Assembly (NCBI GenBank): GCA_023267435.1
Contig: JAHFNH010000002.1
Span: 88,706-152,705 of the forward strand
Length of the DNA: 64,000 nucleotides
DNA from: Candidatus Nomurabacteria bacterium
Lineage (GTDB): Bacteria; Patescibacteriota; Minisyncoccia; Phycocordibacterales; UBA9973
Reading direction: 5' to 3'
The stretch's first letter is position 1. Each line of letters opens with the position of its first letter. Shown here one piece after another: positions 1 through 7,663 of the stretch. A program made the translations under genes and the position numbers. The notes under the pieces were generated by a model. That model saw only the letters and a program-made list of their open reading frames with translations, was not told where the DNA came from and did no database searches.

Positions 1-25
1 GTAAAATTTCATCAATAAATTTAAA

Positions 26-60
26 AGACCGATATTAATATTAATATCGGTCTTTTTTTA
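26..60. terminator. Intrinsic terminator hairpin (agaccgatattaatattaatatcggtct) with flanking A/T runs; usable on both strands
   Basis: Perfect inverted repeat read directly from sequence, followed by T-run; sits just 3' of minus-strand ORF 58..498. Confidence 0.7.
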
Positions 61-498
61 TTTCCTTCCAATTTGATAAATCAGTTTACCAAAAGTGCCA
101 AAAGTAAATCTGGCATCTAGGGCAATAAATTCAGAATGTTCATTGTATATAACATTTATCAATTCAAAACTCCCATGTATATAAGGAGATTCTTCACTGA
201 AAATATTTTTTGCCCTGATAAACTTATCAGTCGGTTCTACAATTCTTGCATTTAATATTTCATGATTAATAAATGTATGAGTCCCCTGTGTTCCCTTAGT
301 AGGACGTTCAAACCATAAAGACAAAACAGTATTTGTAACTTTGAGAAAGAAGAGGTAATCAATAGCGTCATAATATAGCTTGTTTGGAACTAAACAAAAT
401 TCTATACTAGTTTGCTTTTTTGTAAAATCATCATGAATACTGTACACAAGTAAGGAATATTCAGAGTTTTCTGATAGTTTTAGAATTTTTGTTTCCAT
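58..498 (-). CDS. Hypothetical protein (146 aa)
   Basis: ORF track; preceded on minus strand by TTGACT -35 of bidirectional promoter module at 558..589; terminator at 26..60. Confidence 0.55.
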   Translation of the reverse strand: METKILKLSENSEYSLLVYSIHDDFTKKQTSIEFCLVPNKLYYDAIDYLFFLKVTNTVLSLWFERPTKGTQGTHTFINHEILNARIVEPTDKFIRAKNIFSEESPYIHGSFELINVIYNEHSEFIALDARFTFGTFGKLIYQIGRK

Positions 499-557
499 TT
501 TATAGAGCTAAAATTGTTTAAGGACTACGTTTATTTACTTTAAAACTACCAAGAAAT

Positions 558-589
558 CATTTACAAGTCAATATATTTGTGATATTGTG
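558..589. promoter_or_regulatory. Bidirectional promoter module copy A: TTACAAGTCAA palindrome (divergent -35 hexamers) plus TGaTATTGT extended -10 toward gene 634..984
   Basis: Near-identical to module at 56318..56353 (catttaTTGACtcGTCAAtatttttgTGaTATTGT); -35/-10 spacing 16-17 nt on both strands. Confidence 0.6.
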
Positions 590-633
590 TATTTGAAAAA
601 ATAATTGTTTTTAAACATAAAAAGGAGGTAAAT

Positions 634-984
634 ATGCTAATAAAACTTATAAGTTCACATATGGGTGGACATACAGTAATTGAATTTCAATCTGAAAAAA
701 ATATCTACAGAATGGGAACATTTTGTTCTCAAATTCCGGGCCAGATAAATTCAAATGATTTTTTTGAAATTCCCGATGAGTTTATGAAAAAGGAATTGGG
801 TCTTACTGAAAATCAGAATCCGTTAAAATGGTATACGGATGAGGATAAAAAAGCTAAAAACAATGCATCTGAAAGCAACAATCTTTTTGAAAAATTTATG
901 GATGCAGTAGCTAAATTTTGTAATTATGATCGAAAAGGAGAAATGGAAAAACGGCAGAGATGGTATGAAAGTAATTTTGGATAA
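634..984 (+). CDS. Hypothetical protein (116 aa)
   Basis: ORF with strong Shine-Dalgarno aaaaGGAGGtaaatATG; terminator follows at 1000..1030. Confidence 0.6.
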   Translation: MLIKLISSHMGGHTVIEFQSEKNIYRMGTFCSQIPGQINSNDFFEIPDEFMKKELGLTENQNPLKWYTDEDKKAKNNASESNNLFEKFMDAVAKFCNYDRKGEMEKRQRWYESNFG

Positions 985-999
985 TTTATGCTAAAAAGT

Positions 1000-1030
1000 A
1001 GCCCCGTCTTAATGATGGGGCTTTTTTATT
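1000..1030 (+). terminator. Rho-independent terminator (agccccgtcttaatgatggggcttttttatt)
   Basis: GC stem plus T-run immediately after stop of 634..984. Confidence 0.75.
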
Positions 1031-1121
1031 TCCCCATTTTTCAATCTTTAATCTGACTTGCTAAATCTTCTAGTGAATAGACTATTTCTATTTCAGGACG
1101 CTGCTGGTGCTTCTATATAAT

Positions 1122-1706
1122 TCATAAAAAAGATTTAAATTTGGGCTTCACCTTTTTCCAATCTTCTTTCAATAAACCATAAACATATTCATCGTGAAGT
1201 CTTCCTGATGCTAAACTTCTCGCGACCTTTCTCATAAGTCCTTCGAGTTTATACCCCATTTTTGATTGAGTAGCATTTGAAGCTTTATTTTCTTTGAAAA
1301 CTTTTGAAGTTAATCTTATTAATCCGAGCTTATTAAACGCAAAATCATTTACAGCTATTTTCGCTTCAGTCATATAACCATTTCTCCAATATTTTTTATT
1401 TATCCAAGAGCCCGTCGTGCCAACTCCAGAAAATTTATCTATCTTATGAATTCCAATGGCTCCAATTACTTTCTTTTCAGATTTTAATTCAATAAAAAAT
1501 AAAATATTAGCTGGTTCTTTCTGTTTCCATTCTTTTATCACTTTATTTACAAATTTTTTCGCATCTTCTTTTTTATATGGGTAAGGAACTCTTAGTAACA
1601 TTTTTGCAACATCATATTCACCCACTCCTTCTAAAAGATCCTTCCAGTCACTATTTTTAGGTTTTCGTAATATTAATCTTTTTGTTTCTAATTTTATATC
1701 TAACAT
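1122..1706 (-). CDS. GNAT family N-acetyltransferase (RimJ/RimL-like)
   Basis: Protein has GNAT fold signature and resembles ribosomal-protein acetyltransferases (…RLILRKP…GAIGIH…WINKKYWRNGYMTEA…). Start moved from 1754 to the internal Met (MLDIKLETKRL) because the first 16 codons overlap the terminator at 1741..1770. Confidence 0.7.
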   Translation of the reverse strand: MLDIKLETKRLILRKPKNSDWKDLLEGVGEYDVAKMLLRVPYPYKKEDAKKFVNKVIKEWKQKEPANILFFIELKSEKKVIGAIGIHKIDKFSGVGTTGSWINKKYWRNGYMTEAKIAVNDFAFNKLGLIRLTSKVFKENKASNATQSKMGYKLEGLMRKVARSLASGRLHDEYVYGLLKEDWKKVKPKFKSFL

Positions 1707-1740
1707 AGATAAATAATACCAAATAAAATCATTTAAACAA

Positions 1741-1770
1741 AAAAAACACCCCACTAGAAAAACTAGGGGG
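1741..1770 (-). terminator. Rho-independent terminator for gene 1864..2097 (minus strand: ccccTAGtttttCTAgtgggg + U-run)
   Basis: Stem-loop followed by gtttttt on the minus strand. Confidence 0.6.
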
Positions 1771-1863
1771 CAGCGATTTAAAACTATTTAAAGGTTTTAG
1801 AAAACTAACTAAAAAAGAATTTTAGGTATTCTTAACCTTTTTTAAAAAACTAAAGACAAGAGA

Positions 1864-2097
1864 CTATCTACGTCTTCCATATTTCTTAATAACTCCAGGG
1901 GTCATAACTGTTCCACAATCTCTACCATTAATGTAAAGAGTGGCTTCTCCTGTAGATGAGTGATCTAGATCTACTTCTCCGTTTGAATCAGTCCAACCAT
2001 TTTGGGAATGACCCCAGGTGAATCCTAGGCATACTTTTGCGTTTTCGATGGGTTCATTTGTTTCCCTATCGATTAAAATAATTGTTGTCGTTGGCAT
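1864..2097 (-). CDS. Hypothetical small protein (77 aa), possible prealbumin/carboxypeptidase-regulatory-like beta domain
   Basis: ORF; weak motif resemblance (TDSNGE...YINGRD); co-oriented with and 13 nt from the zinc-ribbon gene. Confidence 0.45.
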   Translation of the reverse strand: MPTTTIILIDRETNEPIENAKVCLGFTWGHSQNGWTDSNGEVDLDHSSTGEATLYINGRDCGTVMTPGVIKKYGRRR

Positions 2098-2109
2098 TTT
2101 TACCTCCTT

Positions 2110-2445
2110 TTATAAATCATTTAAATCATAAATATAAGCATCACAACCCTTTTCAACCTTTTTACCACAATTATTACAGGTATAAACATGTATTGGATAG
2201 GTTGGACTGAAAAATCCTCCTGTTTTTCTCATAACTGTAACTGGTTCATTGAGATTAAAATCATGACGACCATAAATCTTTTTTTGTCCATTACATGTAG
2301 GACAAGTCTCACGCCATGATGGGCGTTGATACTCTTTAAAACCATTAAAACATAAATTGAGTTTATGTTCTCCTTCTGATTCATAAACCGTAACTTTACC
2401 TTCACCTTTACAACGGCTACAGGTTACTTTTTTACTGCAGGACAT
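2110..2445 (-). CDS. Cysteine-rich zinc-ribbon protein (three CxxC(G) motifs, DnaJ-zinc-finger-like)
   Basis: CSRCKGEGKV, CPTCNGQKKI, CNNCGKK motifs in translation; immediately downstream of tRNA-Trp. Confidence 0.5.
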   Translation of the reverse strand: MSCSKKVTCSRCKGEGKVTVYESEGEHKLNLCFNGFKEYQRPSWRETCPTCNGQKKIYGRHDFNLNEPVTVMRKTGGFFSPTYPIHVYTCNNCGKKVEKGCDAYIYDLNDL

Positions 2446-2586
2446 TTTGACCTCCTTTTTTAGTTAATTATTAAAGAACTTATTTACACTAATATAGTAT
2501 AACTATTAGTTAAAAATGTCAATAAAAAGTTCGATTCCTTTATCGGGTATTAAAAATAAACATTATAAAATATAGTTCAAAATCTG

Positions 2587-2657
2587 CGGGCGATGAGAGA
2601 ATCGAACTCCCACCAAAGGTTTTGGAGACCTTCGTTCTACCATTAAACTAATCGCCC
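2587..2657 (-). tRNA. trnW: tRNA-Trp (anticodon CCA), CCA tail not encoded
   Basis: Hand-folded cloverleaf: acceptor GGGCGAT/ATCGCCC, anticodon loop CTCCAAA, T-arm GGGAG-TTCGATT-CTCTC; closely resembles E. coli tRNA-Trp. Confidence 0.9.
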
Positions 2658-2822
2658 ACACTCCGCATACGCGGAGGTGCGAGAATGTGGAAAATAATAA
2701 TACTTAACGCATTCCCTAGAGTGTCACCCCTTGCGGGTGGACTCATTGGAAAGAACAAACAGCAATAAATTGCTGTTTGTGAATTATAGCAATAAATACT
2801 GAAAAAACAAAAAAACTGGATA

Positions 2823-2987
2823 TTATCCAGTCATTTTTGCTTCTTTGTGTTTAGTCTTCTTTCTGCAAGTTTTACAGAACTTTAAAAGCTCAATCTTTTT
2901 AGGAACGAGTTTTTTGTTCTTACTAGTATAGTAATTAGCATTTTTACAAACGCTGCATTTTAATCTAAAAAGTCTATCTTGGGACAT
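2823..2987 (-). CDS. rpmG: 50S ribosomal protein L33 (54 aa), missed by the ORF track because <60 aa
   Basis: Translation MSQDRLFRLKCSVCKNANYYTSKNKKLVPKKIELLKFCKTCRKKTKHKEAKMTG has the L33 CxxC...CxxC zinc-ribbon pattern; classic rpmG-tRNA-Trp synteny. Confidence 0.8.
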   Translation of the reverse strand: MSQDRLFRLKCSVCKNANYYTSKNKKLVPKKIELLKFCKTCRKKTKHKEAKMTG

Positions 2988-3010
2988 GGTTCTAGGATAA
3001 TATAAAACGC

Positions 3011-3036
3011 TTAAAAAAGCAACCTTAATAAAGGTT
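3011..3036 (-). terminator. Terminator after alr (minus: aaccTTTATTAaggtt + gctttttt)
   Basis: Hairpin plus U-run directly 3' of alr stop. Confidence 0.6.
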
Positions 3037-3041
3037 TTACC

Positions 3042-4178
3042 TTAAATTACAACTCTAGGCAAAAGCGGACTGATACGAGTGGTAATTTCATAGTTAATTG
3101 TATCGATATGAGAGGCCATTTCTTCAACTGATATTTTCTCCTTTCCTTGTGCTCCAATAATCACAACCTCATCTTCAGCCCTAACATTTGATAAATGACT
3201 CACATCTACTACAAGCATATTCATCATAACTCTGCCCAATATTTTACAGCGCGTTCCGCCAATTAACACAAAACCTTTATTGGAAAAACCTCGATCAAAA
3301 CCATCAGCATAACCTTGCGGTATCACTGCTATTTTTGTCACTGAATAAGTCATGAAGGTCAATCCATAACCGATAGTGTACCCTTCTGGTAAAATTTTTA
3401 CTTGAGCTATCTTTGTCTTCCAAGAAAGAACTGGTTTTAGTTCAATTTTATTTTTATATAAATATTCAATTTGAGTAGAAGGCCACAATCCATAAGCACC
3501 GACACCAAGCCGAACAATAGAATTTATGCCTTGATTTTTCTCATAAACCAAAAGCCCTGAAGTTGCCGAAATATGAGTATCTAATTTTTTAAAGCCAAAT
3601 TTTTGCGCAAGTTTCAAAGCCTCTTCGTATCTTTTAATTTGTTTTTTTGCGTGAGTAAAATTATTTGTATCTTCAATATTTGCAAAGTGTGCATACATGC
3701 CGGTAAGTTTTATAAATCTGGATTTCTTAATCTCTGTAAAAATTTCTCCAAGATCTTCTTTTAAGAATCCTTCTCTTCCCAAATATGCATCCACTGAAAT
3801 ATGAACCTCTTGTTTGATTTTATTTTCACCAGCAACCTTTTCTAAATTTCGCAATTGTTCGATTGAAAAAATAGACAAAATGCAACCCAGTTTTATCGTT
3901 TCTAATAAATCAGTCTTCTGTATATACCCAAAAACAAAAGTTTTTTTATTAGTGACCTTTCGCAGTAATTTTAATTCTTCAATACTATCAACCTGTAAAT
4001 AATCGACATACGGCTCGATAATCTTTGCAACTTGATTTTGCCCATGCCCATAAGCGTTGCCTTTAATAGCCACAGACATTTTAATGCCTTTCTTTGCCAC
4101 ACTTTTTAATTGCTTAATATTATGAATTAAATTTTCTTTAGATAATTCAATATAAGCAAGAGGTAAATTTTTGACCAT
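3042..4178 (-). CDS. alr: Alanine racemase
   Basis: PLP-lysine motif VAIKGNAYGHG and overall alanine racemase architecture. Confidence 0.9.
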   Translation of the reverse strand: MVKNLPLAYIELSKENLIHNIKQLKSVAKKGIKMSVAIKGNAYGHGQNQVAKIIEPYVDYLQVDSIEELKLLRKVTNKKTFVFGYIQKTDLLETIKLGCILSIFSIEQLRNLEKVAGENKIKQEVHISVDAYLGREGFLKEDLGEIFTEIKKSRFIKLTGMYAHFANIEDTNNFTHAKKQIKRYEEALKLAQKFGFKKLDTHISATSGLLVYEKNQGINSIVRLGVGAYGLWPSTQIEYLYKNKIELKPVLSWKTKIAQVKILPEGYTIGYGLTFMTYSVTKIAVIPQGYADGFDRGFSNKGFVLIGGTRCKILGRVMMNMLVVDVSHLSNVRAEDEVVIIGAQGKEKISVEEMASHIDTINYEITTRISPLLPRVVI

Positions 4179-5278
4179 TAGAGCAATTTGACAATATCGT
4201 GATAAGTAACGAGAAGCATTAGAATAATCAAAATAGCAAAACCAATCATGTTTACAGTATTAGCGACATTAGGATTGATACGTGAACCTTTAATTTTTTC
4301 AATCAAAAGAAAGAATAGACGTCCGCCGTCGAGTGCTGGAAATGGTATCAAATTTATCACTGCAAGATTTACGGAAATAAGAGCAGCAAAAGAAAGGAGG
4401 TATGCGAAGCCAAATTTATAAGCATCTCCTACGACACCCACCATGCCGACAGGTCCAGTGACTTCAGAAAAGCTACCTTTACCGTGTATACCCTGCGCTA
4501 TAAGCGTATAAAGCCCTACAACAGTACCTTTAGTAACAGACCAGTCCATCTTTAATCCCTCCCAAATAGCCAAGAAAAATGGCAATTTAGCCATTCCGAT
4601 CTGATCCATGGCGATACCAATACTAGGGTTACTACTAGTGGTATTCACAACTGGAATTATTTTAGTATTGTTTAATTCTTCTGTTTTACCGCGTAAATAA
4701 CCAACTTCAATTTCTTTACCTCCATGCGAAACAACAAAAGATTTTAATGAATCTGGATTTACATCTGAAACTACATCATTGCCACTTTTTACAGATATTA
4801 TTTTATCGCCAGATTTAAGTCCTGCCATCTCAGCTGGAGATTTTGCAAGAACAGATACTACAACTAAATGTACATTTTCCAATGCATAGTCTTTTGATTC
4901 CGTACCGACTGAAGTAGGAAGTCCAGACATAAATCCAAAAGAAAACAAAAGCCAAGCGAGTACGAAGTTCGCAAAAACTCCAGCAAAAAGAACAACTGCC
5001 TGCATGTATTTTGGTTTATTCACAAAACTTCGTGCACTATCAGCGCCAGTAGTATTTTCCTCATCTGGATTCTCTCCAAAAATTTTAACAAAACCTCCGA
5101 AAGGTATTGCGTTAAAAGTATATTCTGTCTCCCCTTTTTTAACGCCAAAAAGTTTTGGCGGAAAACCGAAACCAAATTCATCAACTCTGATGCCGAATTT
5201 CTTCGCACTGAAAAAATGTCCGAATTCATGAACCAAAACCACCACAAGTAAAATTATTATAAATATAATAGCGTTCAT
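4178..5278 (-). CDS. rseP: RIP zinc metalloprotease (site-2 protease, M50 family) with one PDZ domain
   Basis: HEFGH zinc motif at N-terminus, PDZ segment, NLIPFPALDGGRL C-terminal motif. Confidence 0.9.
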   Translation of the reverse strand: MNAIIFIIILLVVVLVHEFGHFFSAKKFGIRVDEFGFGFPPKLFGVKKGETEYTFNAIPFGGFVKIFGENPDEENTTGADSARSFVNKPKYMQAVVLFAGVFANFVLAWLLFSFGFMSGLPTSVGTESKDYALENVHLVVVSVLAKSPAEMAGLKSGDKIISVKSGNDVVSDVNPDSLKSFVVSHGGKEIEVGYLRGKTEELNNTKIIPVVNTTSSNPSIGIAMDQIGMAKLPFFLAIWEGLKMDWSVTKGTVVGLYTLIAQGIHGKGSFSEVTGPVGMVGVVGDAYKFGFAYLLSFAALISVNLAVINLIPFPALDGGRLFFLLIEKIKGSRINPNVANTVNMIGFAILIILMLLVTYHDIVKLL

Positions 5279-5283
5279 TAGAA

Positions 5284-5835
5284 TTATCCTAGAACTTCTA
5301 TTTCTTTCTTTTCAAAAATAGATTCTAGATTATTATTAACCTCATCTACTAATTTTTGGATTTCTTCTTTGGCATTAAATTTTTCATCTTCAGTCATTTT
5401 GCCTTCTTTTTCTTGAGATTGAACATCGTTCCAAACATTTTCGCGTTCTTTGCGGACTGTGATTCTAGCTTCTTCCATTTTTGTTTTTAAAACTTTTACT
5501 AAAGTTTGTCTTGTTTCAGTTGTTAATTGAGGAAAAATAACACGAATACCCATGTCATCGGTCGCGACAGATAAACCTAAATTTGCAGCGTTAATAGATT
5601 TTTCAATGCCTTTAATCTGACTTTTATCCCAAGGCACAATACGTAAAGTTTTAGGATCTTCTATAGAAACTGAAGCCACATTTTTGATAGGCTGATATGC
5701 GCCGTATACTTCGATAGAAACTCCATCAAGCACCATCGGTGACGCACGGCCAGTAGATAGCTGACTATATTCTTTACTCAAAAACTCCCCTGCTTTTTTT
5801 AATTCTATTTTAAAATTTGAAAAATTGTATTGCAT
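5284..5835 (-). CDS. frr: Ribosome recycling factor
   Basis: Full-length RRF-like sequence (…VSIEVYGAYQPIKNVASVS…). Confidence 0.9.
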   Translation of the reverse strand: MQYNFSNFKIELKKAGEFLSKEYSQLSTGRASPMVLDGVSIEVYGAYQPIKNVASVSIEDPKTLRIVPWDKSQIKGIEKSINAANLGLSVATDDMGIRVIFPQLTTETRQTLVKVLKTKMEEARITVRKERENVWNDVQSQEKEGKMTEDEKFNAKEEIQKLVDEVNNNLESIFEKKEIEVLG

Positions 5836-5856
5836 ATTTTGATAGTATATCAGAAA

Positions 5857-6603
5857 TTATAAATTTGGCACAACGATAGCCACTGATTCCATGAGAGATT
5901 TTACGGACGAACCAGGTTGACGCAAAAATTCTCGAACCTTAAAGAAATGCTTAAAAAAGCTAGTATCAATATCTGTCTTTTTTGAAAGAATTTTTCTGTG
6001 CAATGCCACTTCTAGTGCATTTAAGAATTTAGAAGCTCTTATGCGTGGAGATTCAAAATCTCCCTCTCCTTGATAAGGAGAGGGTTGGGGTGAGGTAGAT
6101 TCCTCATCTTCATCTTTTTCAGTTTTAGCAAATATTTTTAAAAATTCTATTCGATCAGCCAACTTCATACTAATAAATTTCTCAGCTTCTTTTATTGCAT
6201 CTTTCATTTCTGGCTTGGTAGAAATAAAATAAAACCTAGAAATAACAGTTTTTAACAATGCTGCCGTATCGGGCATGATTAAGAAAAAATGAGTATCAAG
6301 AGTGGGTTCTTCAAACATTTTCAAAAGAACTCCTTGAGCATCCAAAGTAAATTGATTAGCAGATATAACAAATACTTTTTTACCAGTGGAAAAACTTTTC
6401 TCAGTTCCAAAGGCTCTTAAATTTAAAGCATCATCTATTTTTAAATTATCATATGCAATATCGTAAAAATCAGGATTAGCGGATGTTTTTATATTTATTT
6501 CTTCAAGAAAAGAAATTATTTCCGGTAATATTTCATTACGTGATCCTTCTATCAGATATGCGTGATGTAGGTTGTCTTTATCTAAATGCTCTAAAATATT
6601 CAT
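5857..6603 (-). CDS. holB: DNA polymerase III delta-prime-like clamp-loader subunit (AAA+ without Walker A), with a GC-rich hairpin-rich insertion in the C-terminal region
   Basis: HAYLIEG, KMFEEP (LKTLEEPP-like) and SRF (SRC-like) motifs; low-complexity stretch DEDEESTSPQPSPYQGEGDFESP encoded by palindromic DNA at 6040..6110. Confidence 0.6.
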   Translation of the reverse strand: MNILEHLDKDNLHHAYLIEGSRNEILPEIISFLEEINIKTSANPDFYDIAYDNLKIDDALNLRAFGTEKSFSTGKKVFVISANQFTLDAQGVLLKMFEEPTLDTHFFLIMPDTAALLKTVISRFYFISTKPEMKDAIKEAEKFISMKLADRIEFLKIFAKTEKDEDEESTSPQPSPYQGEGDFESPRIRASKFLNALEVALHRKILSKKTDIDTSFFKHFFKVREFLRQPGSSVKSLMESVAIVVPNL

Positions 6604-6611
6604 ATGAGCGA

Positions 6612-7625
6612 TTATTTTTTACTTAAAACAGTTTTTTTGTATACGTCTAAATGTTCTAGTGCTATACCTGTGCCTTTTACAACACAAAAAAGAGAATCTT
6701 CTGCGAGAACTGCTTTTACGCCAGTCTTTCTGTAAACCAAATCAGTAAAACAACGCAACTGAGAAGAACCTCCAGTCATAACAATGCCGTGATCAATAAT
6801 ATCAGAAGCGAGCTCTGGAGGAGTTTCTTGCAGGACATCTTTTATAGCTTTAATAACTTGTTTTAATTCACTGTCTATCGCTTTCACTATTTCATTGGTT
6901 CCGACTTGAGCAGAACGAGGCAAGCCTTGAATAAAATCTCTTCCTTTGATGGTGACACGGAGTTCTTCTTCGAGAGCAACAGCCGCACCGATTTTTATTT
7001 TTACTTCTTCAGCAGTTTTATCACCGATAGCTAGATTGAAAGTTTTTTTAATATAATCTGCGATAGCCTGGTCGATTTTATTTCCGGCGCATTTCACGGA
7101 AGTCGAGGCCACTATTCCTCCTAGAGATATAACTGCGACATCCGTCGTGCCTCCGCCAATATCGACAACCATGTGACCCTTTGATTCGTAAATAGGAATT
7201 CCTGCACCGATAGCTGCAAGAATTGGCTCCTTCACCACGTATGCATTTTTTGCACCGGCGCGAATTGCAGCCTCGACGACTGCTCTGCGTTCTGTTGAAG
7301 TCACGCCGGCTGGAACTGAAACCATCACATCTGGTTTAAATAAATTAAATTTACCCATCGCTTTATTTATGAAATATCGAAGCATTGCTTCAGTCACGCG
7401 GTAGTCTGCTATCACTCCGTCTTTCATCGGGCGATAAGCAATAATAGAATCTGGAGTTTTGCCGATCATATCTTTCGCTTCAAAACCGATAGCTAGGATT
7501 TTATTATCTTGTTCTGAAACAGCCACCACGGAAGGCTCGTTTAAAACGATACCTTTACCAGGCACGAAAACCAATGTATTAGCGGTTCCAAGATCTATTC
7601 CTATTTTCTTTGAAAACATTCCCAT
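6612..7625 (-). CDS. mreB: Rod shape-determining protein MreB
   Basis: Actin-fold motifs GIDLGTANTLV, DIGGGTTD. Confidence 0.92.
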   Translation of the reverse strand: MGMFSKKIGIDLGTANTLVFVPGKGIVLNEPSVVAVSEQDNKILAIGFEAKDMIGKTPDSIIAYRPMKDGVIADYRVTEAMLRYFINKAMGKFNLFKPDVMVSVPAGVTSTERRAVVEAAIRAGAKNAYVVKEPILAAIGAGIPIYESKGHMVVDIGGGTTDVAVISLGGIVASTSVKCAGNKIDQAIADYIKKTFNLAIGDKTAEEVKIKIGAAVALEEELRVTIKGRDFIQGLPRSAQVGTNEIVKAIDSELKQVIKAIKDVLQETPPELASDIIDHGIVMTGGSSQLRCFTDLVYRKTGVKAVLAEDSLFCVVKGTGIALEHLDVYKKTVLSKK

Positions 7626-7663
7626 AGGGCTAAATATAGCATAAGTTATGTTAGAATAAAACT

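Noticed and set aside
1122-1754. Original start of the GNAT gene at 1754
   Set aside because: The first 16 codons (MGCFFCLNDFIWYYLS) overlap the terminator hairpin of the upstream gene. The internal Met at 1706 gives a typical GNAT N-terminus.
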